Below, one piece after another: positions 1-8,052 of a DNA stretch of 64,000 bases (the stretch's first letter is position 1; every line of letters starts with the position of its first letter). The position numbers and the translations under genes were made by a program. The DNA comes from a bacterium (lineage in GTDB: Bacteria; Myxococcota_A; Polyangia; HGW-17; JAJRWW01): positions 4,655 through 68,654 of the forward strand of contig JBDRSE010000102.1 of NCBI GenBank assembly GCA_043825095.1. Direction: 5' to 3'. The notes under the pieces were generated by a model. It was given only the letters and a program-made list of their open reading frames with translations. It had not been told where the DNA came from and searched no databases.

Positions 1-101
1 CTCCCAGCCAAATCCAGCCCCGTGATCCCTGACCAAACGGCGAGAGACTCCCAGCCAACACAACGAAATCAAGCCACCAAATCAAACCAAAGTCCGAAGG
101 G

Positions 102-129
102 CAGTCCCACCACAGATATTATGTCAGCT
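102..129 (+). other. second, degenerate dif-like site inverted relative to 151-178
   Basis: CAGTCCCACCA-CAGATA-TTATGTCAGCT; XerD-like arm matches the other site at 10/11, XerC-like arm at 6/11. Confidence 0.6.
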
Positions 130-164
130 CCAGGACGCGATGCGTCCTGGAGTTGACATAATAT
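116..164. repeat. 23-bp inverted repeat (hairpin) with 3-nt loop
   Basis: ATATTATGTCAGCTCCAGGACGC-GAT-GCGTCCTGGAGTTGACATAATAT; one G.T mismatch. Confidence 0.95.
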
Positions 165-178
165 ATATTATCGGACGT
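151..178 (-). other. dif: dif site (XerC/XerD chromosome dimer resolution site)
   Basis: Minus strand reads ACGTCCGATAA-TATATA-TTATGTCAACT: 11-6-11 layout matching E. coli dif GGTGCGCATAA-TGTATA-TTATGTTAAAT. Intergenic and AT-rich; nearby ribosomal and tRNA genes point toward it. Confidence 0.85.
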
Positions 179-185
179 CAGACAT

Positions 186-216
186 GGGGTTGGTTTTTCG
201 CAAACAACCCAACCCC
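186..216. terminator. possible terminator hairpin downstream of the 254-859 gene
   Basis: GGGGTTGG...CCAACCCC stem about 40 bp after the stop codon; no clean U tract. Confidence 0.3.
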
Positions 217-253
217 CCCCAGCTATATGCCTTGTTTCACAGTGAATAAAGCT

Positions 254-859
254 CTAGTCCTGACCATTGTGAAAGTTCTTGAGGAGTTTTTGATACCGAC
301 TGCGAAGGTTGTTCAAGTATCGCTTGGAACGCAGCTTCAGCTGATGTTGCTTGAAGATATCGTCCAGCTTCTCAGTCACGTCATCTTCGGTCAAAGGCTT
401 CAGGAGAAAACCAGAAGCTCCGACCCTCAGCGCCTGGACAGCGATATCGGCGCTCGAGAAGCCGACGATGATGAGCTGCTCAGCGTCCGTCGCGGCCTCC
501 CGGAGCTTGGCCAGTAGCTCGAGGCCGCTGCCGTCGCCGAGCTCACTCTCCACGATGATCAACCCGAACTCCTTTTCGCCGCAGAGCCGCAAGGCCTCGG
601 CCGAAGAAGACGCATGTGTCGTCTGGCAGCCCTTTTTTTCGAGCATCCCTGACAGTGATTTCGCCTGTCCAACGTCGGGATCCACTACCAGGACCGCCGT
701 CGCCTCTTCTACCGGCACGATTTCCTGGCTGGCGGACGATGAAAGGCGCTCACGCAGATCCTGATTCTCCGCCTCCAACGCAGCCATATGCTGGAGGAAT
801 TCATCAACCATACCAAGGAGTTCCTTGACAACGGCCGAGCTGTTCGGGTCTTCGCTCAC
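254..859 (-). CDS. atypical response regulator receiver protein with N-terminal coiled coil
   Basis: Receiver-fold motifs VLVVDPD, IIVESELGDGSG, GASGFLLKP; the phosphoacceptor Asp appears replaced by Glu. Confidence 0.8.
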   Translation of the reverse strand: MSEDPNSSAVVKELLGMVDEFLQHMAALEAENQDLRERLSSSASQEIVPVEEATAVLVVDPDVGQAKSLSGMLEKKGCQTTHASSSAEALRLCGEKEFGLIIVESELGDGSGLELLAKLREAATDAEQLIIVGFSSADIAVQALRVGASGFLLKPLTEDDVTEKLDDIFKQHQLKLRSKRYLNNLRSRYQKLLKNFHNGQD

Positions 860-907
860 GATGGCTCTCCGCGTTCTGTTCTTTCCATTGACACTGAACG
901 GTCGTTG

Positions 908-981
908 CGCCCCCGGGGTGACTCGAACACCCGACCAACGGTTTAGGAAACCGCTGCTCTATCCGCCTGAGCTACGGGGGC
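908..981 (-). tRNA. tRNA-Arg(CCT)
   Basis: GCCCCCGTAGCTCAGGCGGATAGAGCAGCGGTTTCCTAAACCGTTGGTCGGGTGTTCGAGTCACCCCGGGGGCG folds as a cloverleaf; anticodon CCT; CCA not encoded. Confidence 0.95.
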
Positions 982-1082
982 TCCACACCACTCGCCCGGG
1001 TTTGCAAACCGCCCGAGCATAGCCAAATCAATACTGTGAAGCAATTCAATTCGAGACACCGGACTGTCTGGAATGCCAATCA

Positions 1083-1616
1083 TTAGTACGTCACCAGGGA
1101 GTAGAGCTCGTGCCCCGGGAGCTTTTCCCGGCCATTCAGGAAGCCGAGCTCCACGACGAAGGCGCAGCCCGCAACCACACCACCGATTTTCTGCACCAGC
1201 TCCACTGCCGCCGCGGCCGTTCCCCCCGTCGCCAGCAGGTCGTCCACGATCAGAACCCGCTGGCCGGGCTCCAAGGCGTCTCGGTGAATCTCGAGGGTGT
1301 CGGTTCCGTACTCAAGCGCATAGGAGACCGACTCCACCTCGCAGGGCAGCTTGCCTGGTTTCCGGACGGGTGAAAAGCCGACTCCCAGCCGGTCGGCCAT
1401 GGGGGTTCCGAAGAGGAATCCCCGGGACTCCATACCGACGATGCGGTCCAGATTGGCGTCGCCATACTGTTCGCACAGGAGATCGATGATCGCCCGGAAC
1501 GCGTCGGGTGACGCGAGTAGCGGCGTGATGTCGTAAAACAGGATCCCCGGCTTTGGATAGTCGGGCACCTCGCGGATCGTGCTCCTGATGAGCTTGAGCT
1601 TCTGGGACAGTGTCAT
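1083..1616 (-). CDS. apt: adenine phosphoribosyltransferase
   Basis: PDYPKPGILFYDITPLL, ESRGF, RKPGKLP, YALEYG, PRPP motif VDDLLATGGT. Confidence 0.97.
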   Translation of the reverse strand: MTLSQKLKLIRSTIREVPDYPKPGILFYDITPLLASPDAFRAIIDLLCEQYGDANLDRIVGMESRGFLFGTPMADRLGVGFSPVRKPGKLPCEVESVSYALEYGTDTLEIHRDALEPGQRVLIVDDLLATGGTAAAAVELVQKIGGVVAGCAFVVELGFLNGREKLPGHELYSLVTY

Positions 1617-2270
1617 CTAGTCAGCCTCCTTCCAGCCGTGGCGGCCAATCAGGTTCACGAAACGGCACGCGACGTCGCGCTCGACCTTCAACCGGCCCTC
1701 CTCCCGGGAGATCACCTGGAGCTCCTGGAAATGCCGCTTTCCCACCGGAATCACAAGGCGTCCACCCCCGGCGAGCTGGCGCACGTACGGCGCTGGAACG
1801 TCCGGGGCGCCGGCGGCCACGAGCACGCCGTCAAAGAGGCCCTCTTCGGGCCACCCCAGCGTGCCGTCTCCTGTGATTAGTGTCACGTTCTCGATTTCGA
1901 GATCGGCCAGCAGCCGCCTGGCTCGGTCGGTGAGCTCTTCAATCCGCTCGACCGCATAGACGTGCCGGCACAGCCTGGCCAGGATTGCGGTTTGATATCC
2001 CGAGCCGGCGCCCACTTCGAGGATGCGGTGGGTCTGTTGTGGCCTCACGAGCTCGGTCATTCGCGCCACCATGTACGGCTGAGAGATGGTCTGGCCTCGG
2101 CCGATGGGCAGCGGATGGTCCGCGTAGGCATCCCGGAGTCGGTCGCTCGGAACGAAACGGTGCCTCGGCACGACCCGCATCGCCTCAAGCACGCGCTCGT
2201 CGCGAATGCCTCGTCGCTCCAGCTGCTCCGACACCATGCGGGCACGGAGCTCGGCGTCAGTCACTGCCAT
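1617..2270 (-). CDS. pcm: protein-L-isoaspartate O-methyltransferase
   Basis: VPRHRFVP, GQTISQPYMVARM, LEVGAGSGYQTA, GDGTLGW. Confidence 0.97.
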   Translation of the reverse strand: MAVTDAELRARMVSEQLERRGIRDERVLEAMRVVPRHRFVPSDRLRDAYADHPLPIGRGQTISQPYMVARMTELVRPQQTHRILEVGAGSGYQTAILARLCRHVYAVERIEELTDRARRLLADLEIENVTLITGDGTLGWPEEGLFDGVLVAAGAPDVPAPYVRQLAGGGRLVIPVGKRHFQELQVISREEGRLKVERDVACRFVNLIGRHGWKEAD

Positions 2271-3102
2271 CTCGCCTCCCCTGCCCTTCCCCTGCGGCCG
2301 AGCCTGCGGAGTCGGATTCGAATCCGTCTAGGCTCATTCGTTGCGCGAGATCAAGCTGATCTATGGCCGTCCAGTCCAGGCGAAGTGGCGAAACGGCAAT
2401 CATTTTCTGTCGTAGGATGTCGGAGTCCTCCCCCTGGGCACCGTGGGTACCAGCGGCGAAGGGCCGGTACAGGGAGATGACCCGCTCTTCCAGCTCGTTT
2501 CGAAGACTCAGATCCTGCCGCTCCGCGCGCTGGTAACGTCGGGTTCCCATGGCGCCCACTCCGAACCGGTCGCCATCGGTGTCGGCCGGAACGTTGACGT
2601 TCAGGAACGTCCAGGGGGGCGCCCAGCGCTGGTCGATGATCCAGCCCGCAAGTGCAGTGGCGAACCGAGCGGCCTGCTCGAAGGTCGGGGTCCTGGACCC
2701 GGCCTCCGCCGAGATGGCGACGCTCGGAATACCTAGCACAGCCGCCTCGGCCGCCGCGGCAACGGTGCCGCTGTAGATTACGTCCGTGCCGAGGTTGTAG
2801 CCGTTGTTGACGCCGGACACGACCAGGCTCGGCGTACGCGCGGCGAGCTGACACACGCCCAGGTAGACGCAGTCTGCGGGGGTTCCATCCACGGAGAAGG
2901 TGTCCGGCGCCAGCCTTTGGACGCGCCAGCTCCCGGCCATGGTGACCCAATGGCTCACCGCGCTACGCTCCCGATCCGGCGCGACGACGAGCACCTCGAA
3001 ACGTGCTCGCAGCTCCGCCGTAAGGATGCGAAGGCCTTGGGCCTCTACGCCGTCGTCATTGGCCACCAGCACCAACGGCCGCTGTTTCGATTGGTCTTCC
3101 AT
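2257..3102 (-). CDS. surE: 5'/3'-nucleotidase SurE
   Basis: NDDG, SAVSH, GTPADCV, SGVNNGYNLG, YSGTVAAA. Start moved to ATG 3102 because the longer ORF overlaps tRNA-Pro and a terminator. Confidence 0.95.
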   Translation of the reverse strand: MEDQSKQRPLVLVANDDGVEAQGLRILTAELRARFEVLVVAPDRERSAVSHWVTMAGSWRVQRLAPDTFSVDGTPADCVYLGVCQLAARTPSLVVSGVNNGYNLGTDVIYSGTVAAAAEAAVLGIPSVAISAEAGSRTPTFEQAARFATALAGWIIDQRWAPPWTFLNVNVPADTDGDRFGVGAMGTRRYQRAERQDLSLRNELEERVISLYRPFAAGTHGAQGEDSDILRQKMIAVSPLRLDWTAIDQLDLAQRMSLDGFESDSAGSAAGEGQGRRDGSD

Positions 3103-3112
3103 CCGCAGCCCC

Positions 3113-3148
3113 AAAAAAAAGGCGCCGTGGCTTTTCGGCCGCGGCGCC
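3113..3148 (-). terminator. intrinsic terminator after tRNA-Pro
   Basis: GGCGCCGCGGCC-GAAA-AGCCACGGCGCC followed by T8 on the minus strand. Confidence 0.85.
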
Positions 3149-3150
3149 CG

Positions 3151-3203
<53 letters not shown>

Positions 3204-3227
<24 letters not shown>

Positions 3228-3623
3228 ACTATCGGTCTCATCCAACAGCTTGAGGAGGTGGTCCAGCTCGTGCTGTATCTGACTCGCTATTTCTTTCAGA
3301 TGATGTACTTCTTCTTGCAGCTTCTGACCCTGTTTGGCATCTGCCTGCAACCGATCGATCTTGTCCTGCTCGGCGGCCACGGAGCGCTTTAGCTGCTGCT
3401 TCGCTCCCGCAATCTTGAATTTCTTCTCCCAGAGCAGGTCCTTGACCTGGAGGAGCAAATCGATGTCACGGCGGCGGTAGAGTCGCTGGCCCGATCTGGT
3501 TTTTTCAGGCCGTATTTGGCCGAATTCTTCTTCCCAGTACCGCAGCGTGTGCTCCGGAACGCCAATGATCCGGCTCACCTCGCCGATCTTGAAAAATACC
3601 TTGTCCGGAATATCCAGGGTCAC
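3204..3623 (-). CDS. MerR family transcriptional regulator
   Basis: IPDKVFFKIGEVS...HTLRYWEEEF...GQRLYRRRD; typical ihfA-merR-tRNA-Pro synteny. Confidence 0.93.
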
Positions 3624-3644
3624 AACAGCGACCGCTCGTCCGAG

Positions 3645-3923
3645 CTAGGAATTCAGCGCGTTCTTGAGAACCTGGCTCGGTTTGAACGTCAGAACCCGGC
3701 GTGCGCTAATGGTGATTTCCTGCCCTGTCTGCGGGTTGCGGCCTACGCGCGCCTTCTTGTCGCGGACCACGAAGTTGCCAAATCCCGAGATCTTGATCTT
3801 TTCACCCTTTTCCAGGGTTTCTTTGATCGTGTCGAAAACCGTCTCGACGATTTCGGCAGCCTCCTTCTTCGAAAACCCACCGACCTTCTCATATACGCTC
3901 TCGATGATGTCGGCTTTCGTCAT
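3645..3923 (-). CDS. ihfA: integration host factor subunit alpha
   Basis: MTKADIIE...KIKISGFGNF...GRNPQTG...RRVLTFKPSQVLK; start at ATG 3923. Confidence 0.95.
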   Translation of the reverse strand: MTKADIIESVYEKVGGFSKKEAAEIVETVFDTIKETLEKGEKIKISGFGNFVVRDKKARVGRNPQTGQEITISARRVLTFKPSQVLKNALNS

Positions 3924-3954
3924 GCGATCTTCCCCTCGGTGATTAGGTATTTCT

Positions 3955-3983
3955 TTTTTATCTGTGGAACTTACGCCTGTCAA
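3955..3983 (-). promoter_or_regulatory. putative sigma70 promoter of ihfA
   Basis: TTGACA-17 nt-TAAAAA on the minus strand. Confidence 0.5.
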
Positions 3984-4027
3984 ATAGAAAATCCGACCCG
4001 CGAGAGGTTGCGGACGAACGTCCCGGC

Positions 4028-4378
4028 CTACGCTTCTCTGGCGATCTCCACGATTTTCTCGAAGGAGCGAGGCTCGCTGACGGCCAGCTCCGACAGCATC
4101 TTCCGGTCGAGCTGCACCCCGGCGCGGTTGAGGCCGGCGATGAACATGCTGTATTTGAGCCCATACTGACGGGATGCGGCGTTGATGCGCGTAATCCATA
4201 GGCGACGGAAATCCCGTTTGCGAACGCGGCGGTGCTTGTAGGCATAAACCCACGCTCGCCGAACCGCTTCCACGGCACTCCGCCAGAGCTTGGAGCGACC
4301 ACCGCGGAAGCCCCGGGCGACCTTGAGGATTCTATTTCTGCGCCGTCTGGCCTTGAAACCCTTTTTCACGCGAGGCAT
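4028..4378 (-). CDS. rplT: 50S ribosomal protein L20
   Basis: MPRVKKG...KRDFRRLWITRINAA...LDRKMLSELA. Confidence 0.98.
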   Translation of the reverse strand: MPRVKKGFKARRRRNRILKVARGFRGGRSKLWRSAVEAVRRAWVYAYKHRRVRKRDFRRLWITRINAASRQYGLKYSMFIAGLNRAGVQLDRKMLSELAVSEPRSFEKIVEIAREA

Positions 4379-4396
4379 CTGCTGAAATCTCCGTGC

Positions 4397-4594
4397 TTAT
4401 GCGTAAGGCAACATCTTGGAAAGCGCGCGAACATTGGTCTTGTCCGCAATCAGGCCTTTTCTCAGCCGCCGCTTCCGCTTGGTCGTTTTCTTCGTCAGGA
4501 TGTGGCTCTTCCCGGCCTTGAATCGCTTGAAGGCTCCGGAACCTGTTTTCCGGAAGCGCTTTTTCGCGCCGCTGATAGATTTCATCTTCGGCAT
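4397..4594 (-). CDS. rpmI: 50S ribosomal protein L35
   Basis: [18 protein letters not shown]...HILTKK...RRLR...MLPYA; start at ATG 4594. Confidence 0.97.
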   Translation of the reverse strand: MPKMKSISGAKKRFRKTGSGAFKRFKAGKSHILTKKTTKRKRRLRKGLIADKTNVRALSKMLPYA

Positions 4595-4631
4595 CGTACA
4601 TCTCCGCTCGCTCTCAGCAGCGAGGTGCGAC

Positions 4632-4660
4632 CGGTTACCATGCGCGGCACCGGCTGTCAA
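4632..4660 (-). promoter_or_regulatory. putative sigma70 promoter of rpmI-rplT
   Basis: TTGACA-17 nt-TAACCG, with TG at the extended -10 position. Confidence 0.45.
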
Positions 4661-4740
4661 GTCATTACAACAGAAAAAACATGATGGTAGGCCCTACTGA
4701 GCCGCCCCTGCGCCCCCCGGCCTGATACACCTGACAATGT

Positions 4741-5361
4741 TCAGGTCGGCTGCGGAGCCTTGGGCTTGTCCTCTACTGCGGCAGCCTGGGCCTGGCTTCG
4801 GGCTTGCTTCACCACTCCGACCTTCGGGCCCAGCAGCATGATCATCCGCCGTCCCTCCATCGCCGGCATTTGCTCGACGTTGACGACCTCGGTCAGCGAG
4901 TCCAGGACCCGCTGCAGCATCGACTGCCCGGTTTCCGGATGCACGATCTCCCGGCCCCGGAACTGAACCACGAGCTTGACCTTGTTCCCCTCGGAAAGGA
5001 ACTCGTTGATCTTCTTGACCTTGAAGTTGAGGTCGTGCTCATCGGTCTTCGGGCGGAACTTGACCTCTTTGACGATGACCTGGGACTGGTGCTTGCGTGC
5101 CTCTTTCGCCTGCTTGCTCTTCTCGTACTTAAAACGGCCGAAGTCCATGATTTTGCAGACCGGCGGGACAGCCTTCGGGCTCACCTCCACCAGGTCCAAT
5201 CCGGCCGCTTCCGCGATCCGCAGTGCCTCGTGCGTGGGCATCACGCCGAGCTGTTGTCCGTCCTGATTGATGACACGAACCTCGGGTGTGCGGATGCGCC
5301 GATTCACCCGGAATAGTTCTTCGGGCGGTGGCCTTTGTGCGCCTTTTCTAGGTCGTATAAT
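4741..5361 (-). CDS. infC: translation initiation factor IF-3 (non-canonical ATT/ATA start)
   Basis: NRRIRTPEVRVI, LDLVEVSP, PPVCKIMDFG, KEVKFRP, FRGRE. The frame stays open upstream to ATT (5361)/ATA (5358), directly after the SD AGGAGG. Confidence 0.95.
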   Translation of the reverse strand: MIRPRKGAQRPPPEELFRVNRRIRTPEVRVINQDGQQLGVMPTHEALRIAEAAGLDLVEVSPKAVPPVCKIMDFGRFKYEKSKQAKEARKHQSQVIVKEVKFRPKTDEHDLNFKVKKINEFLSEGNKVKLVVQFRGREIVHPETGQSMLQRVLDSLTEVVNVEQMPAMEGRRMIMLLGPKVGVVKQARSQAQAAAVEDKPKAPQPT

Positions 5362-5413
5362 ACACCTCCTTTATCTTCGTTCACTGAAGAGTAGTTGGGT
5401 CTTTACCGGTTTG

Positions 5414-7207
5414 TCAACGCTGTGAATCTGCGTCGTCGGCTGAGGGGGGCCTTGCTTCGGCGACGATGCGCGTGAGGAAATCGTTCAGCGGGATCGCTCC
5501 CTCGGATTTCTGGTCCAGCGGGCGGGGGGAGACGGCCTCGTTCTCGAGCTCACGGTCGCCGATGACAAGCATGTAGGGGTGCTTCTCGAGCTGCGCCTCG
5601 CGTATCTTGAATCCGAGCTTCTCATTGCGGAGATCGAGCTCGCAACGAATGTCGTGGGCCGTCAGACGCGCGGCAACCTCTTTCGCGAAGGTGTCGTGGC
5701 GGTCCCCCACCGTGAGGATTTTTACCTGCACCGGGGACAGCCAGAGCGGGAACTTGCCGGCGTAGTGCTCGATGAGGATTCCGAAGAACCGCTCCAGGGA
5801 GCCGAGCAGCGCCCGATGGACCATGATGGGCCGGTGCCGGCTATTGTCAGCGCCGACGTAGGTGAGGTCGAAATTCTCAGGCTGGATGAAGTCCAGCTGG
5901 ATCGTCGAGAGCTGCCACTGTCGCCCGATGCTGTCGTTGACCTTGATGTCGATCTTCGGCCCGTAGAAGGCACCTCCGCCCTCGTCGGTGACAAAGCGCG
6001 TTCCGCACCGTTCGAGCGCTCGGAGCAACTCGGCCTGGGCATCGTCCCAAACGTCGCTCGCGCCGGCGTACTTGTTTGGCGGTCGGGTGGCGAAATTCAG
6101 CTCAACGTCCTCGAATCCGAAGGAACGGAGCATGAACAACGAGAACTCGAGCACGCGGTCCAGCTCGGAGGCCATCTGCTCGCGCGTGAAGAACAGGTGC
6201 GCATCGTCTTGCGTGAACCCGCGGACGCGGAAGAGCCCGTGGAGAGTTCCGCCGCGCTCGTAGCGATACACCGTGCCCATCTCGGCCCAGCGCAGGGGCA
6301 GCTCGCGGTAGGATCGCAGCCGCTTGTTGTAGATGACGATGTGAAACGGGCAGTTCATCGGCTTGACCAGATACTGCTGTCCGTCGACCTCCATGCCGGA
6401 GTACATCGCCTCCTTGTAGAACGACAGGTGACCGGACTGGTGCCACAGGGTGTCGCGCGCCAGGTGCGGCGAGTACACCATCTCGTAGCCGTTCAGGTAG
6501 TGCTGCCGCCTCCAGAAGTCCTCCACAACGGTGCGAATCCGACCGCCGCGCGGGTGCCACAGAATCAAACCGCCGCCGATGTCGTCGGGGCTGGTCGAGA
6601 AGAGGTCGAGCTCCTTGCCGAGCTTGCGATGGTCTCGCTTCTTCGCCTCCTCCAGCTGTTTGAGATAGACGCGGAGCGCCTTGTCGGTCGGGAACGCAGT
6701 GCCGTAGATGCGTTGGAGCATCGGGTTGCGCTCGTTTCCGCGCCAGTAGGCGCCAGCGACGCTCGTGAGCTTGAAGGCCTTGATCTGTCCCGTTCGCTCG
6801 AGGTGCGGGCCGCGGCAGAGATCCGTGAAGTCGCCGTGCCGATAGAGCGTGATCGTCTCGCCCTCCGGGATCGACTCAGCGAGCTCGACTTTGAACCGTT
6901 CCCCTCGATTGCCGAACAGCGCGACGGCAGCGTCGCGGTCGATTTCAGCGCGCTCGAACTCGAGGTCTTCGGCGATGATCTCGCGCATCTTCTCCTCGAT
7001 GCGCTCGAGGTCGTCGTCGCTGAATGGCGCGGGAACGTCGAAGTCGTAGTAGAAGCCATTGGCCGTGGACGGACCGATGGCGACTCGCGCCTCCGGAAAC
7101 AGGCGGGTCACGGCGTCGGCCATCACATGGGAAGTGGAGTGGCGAAGGGTCGCCAGCTGGCTCAGCTTGTCGTCGGGCGATGCCGACGCTCCTTGTTCGG
7201 ACGGCAC
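5414..7207 (-). CDS. thrS: threonyl-tRNA synthetase (short form, apparently lacking the TGS domain)
   Basis: LRHSTSH, GFYYDFD, DLCRGPH, AGAYWRG, RDHRKLG, KPMNCPFH, RVRGFTQDDAH, GAFYGPKID; GTG 7207 preceded by GGAGG. Confidence 0.97.
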   Translation of the reverse strand: MPSEQGASASPDDKLSQLATLRHSTSHVMADAVTRLFPEARVAIGPSTANGFYYDFDVPAPFSDDDLERIEEKMREIIAEDLEFERAEIDRDAAVALFGNRGERFKVELAESIPEGETITLYRHGDFTDLCRGPHLERTGQIKAFKLTSVAGAYWRGNERNPMLQRIYGTAFPTDKALRVYLKQLEEAKKRDHRKLGKELDLFSTSPDDIGGGLILWHPRGGRIRTVVEDFWRRQHYLNGYEMVYSPHLARDTLWHQSGHLSFYKEAMYSGMEVDGQQYLVKPMNCPFHIVIYNKRLRSYRELPLRWAEMGTVYRYERGGTLHGLFRVRGFTQDDAHLFFTREQMASELDRVLEFSLFMLRSFGFEDVELNFATRPPNKYAGASDVWDDAQAELLRALERCGTRFVTDEGGGAFYGPKIDIKVNDSIGRQWQLSTIQLDFIQPENFDLTYVGADNSRHRPIMVHRALLGSLERFFGILIEHYAGKFPLWLSPVQVKILTVGDRHDTFAKEVAARLTAHDIRCELDLRNEKLGFKIREAQLEKHPYMLVIGDRELENEAVSPRPLDQKSEGAIPLNDFLTRIVAEARPPSADDADSQR

Positions 7208-7265
7208 TGGACCTCCCAAGATCAAAGTGTCCCCTTCTGCGACGCGTCGAAACAGAAGGGGACAA

Positions 7266-7337
<72 letters not shown>

Positions 7338-7374
7338 AGACTAGGGTGTTGATATGTCGCCGCGTGCGGTGCTG

Positions 7375-7800
7375 TCAAGGGGCATGTGGGGCGTCGGCGG
7401 AACCGTTGACGGGACCTCCCGGGTTCGGCTTCGGCGCCAGCGCGCCCTGCACCGCCTGTTGGAATCTCTCGATGGAGAAAGGCTTCAGAATGTAGTCCCT
7501 GGCGCCCAGGTCCAAGGCCTTTTTCTTGGAGGTCTCCGAGGGAACAGCCGAGACGATGAGCACCGGAATCCGCTCCGTCAGGTTGGCCTGCTTCATGGCT
7601 TCCAGAACCTGCCAGCCGTCCACCCGCGGCATCAGGAGGTCCAGAATCACCAAACGAATGGGTTCCGCCTGAAGCAGCTCCATCACTCGTAGGCCGGAGC
7701 TCATTCTCCGGCACTGATATCCATCCCCTTCCAGCACCTCGGAGATGAAATCCAGAACGTGCGGATCGTCGTCCACCAGGAGTATTGTAGGAGCAATCAT
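7375..7800 (-). CDS. single-domain response regulator (CheY-like)
   Basis: ILLVDDD, LVILDLLMPRVDG, IVSA, DYILKPF; start at ATG 7800. Confidence 0.92.
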   Translation of the reverse strand: MIAPTILLVDDDPHVLDFISEVLEGDGYQCRRMSSGLRVMELLQAEPIRLVILDLLMPRVDGWQVLEAMKQANLTERIPVLIVSAVPSETSKKKALDLGARDYILKPFSIERFQQAVQGALAPKPNPGGPVNGSADAPHAP

Positions 7801-8052
7801 TATTCTTACCCCATCACCACGTACCGCCCGCCGTCGCGGCGCGCCTCTTCCGGTCTTTCGTCGGCCGTACACCCGGCGCGGTGCCGACGGATGTGATTTT
7901 GTCACACACCTTAAATACGATGCCTTCGAAACTCCCCGTAGGCAAGCCGTGGGGACGGCAACGGGTCTCCCACCAGATATTCTGGTACCACACAACTCGG
8001 ATGGTGTCACTCCCCAACGAATTGAGATCGTTCCGTGAAACCGACCCGGCTA

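Noticed and set aside
140-517. 125-aa plus-strand ORF at the left end
   Set aside because: Runs through the dif site and antisense to the receiver gene; no motif.
860-981. Genomic island integrated at tRNA-Arg, tRNA-Pro or tRNA-Val
   Set aside because: No integrase and no duplicated tRNA 3' end seen in the window.
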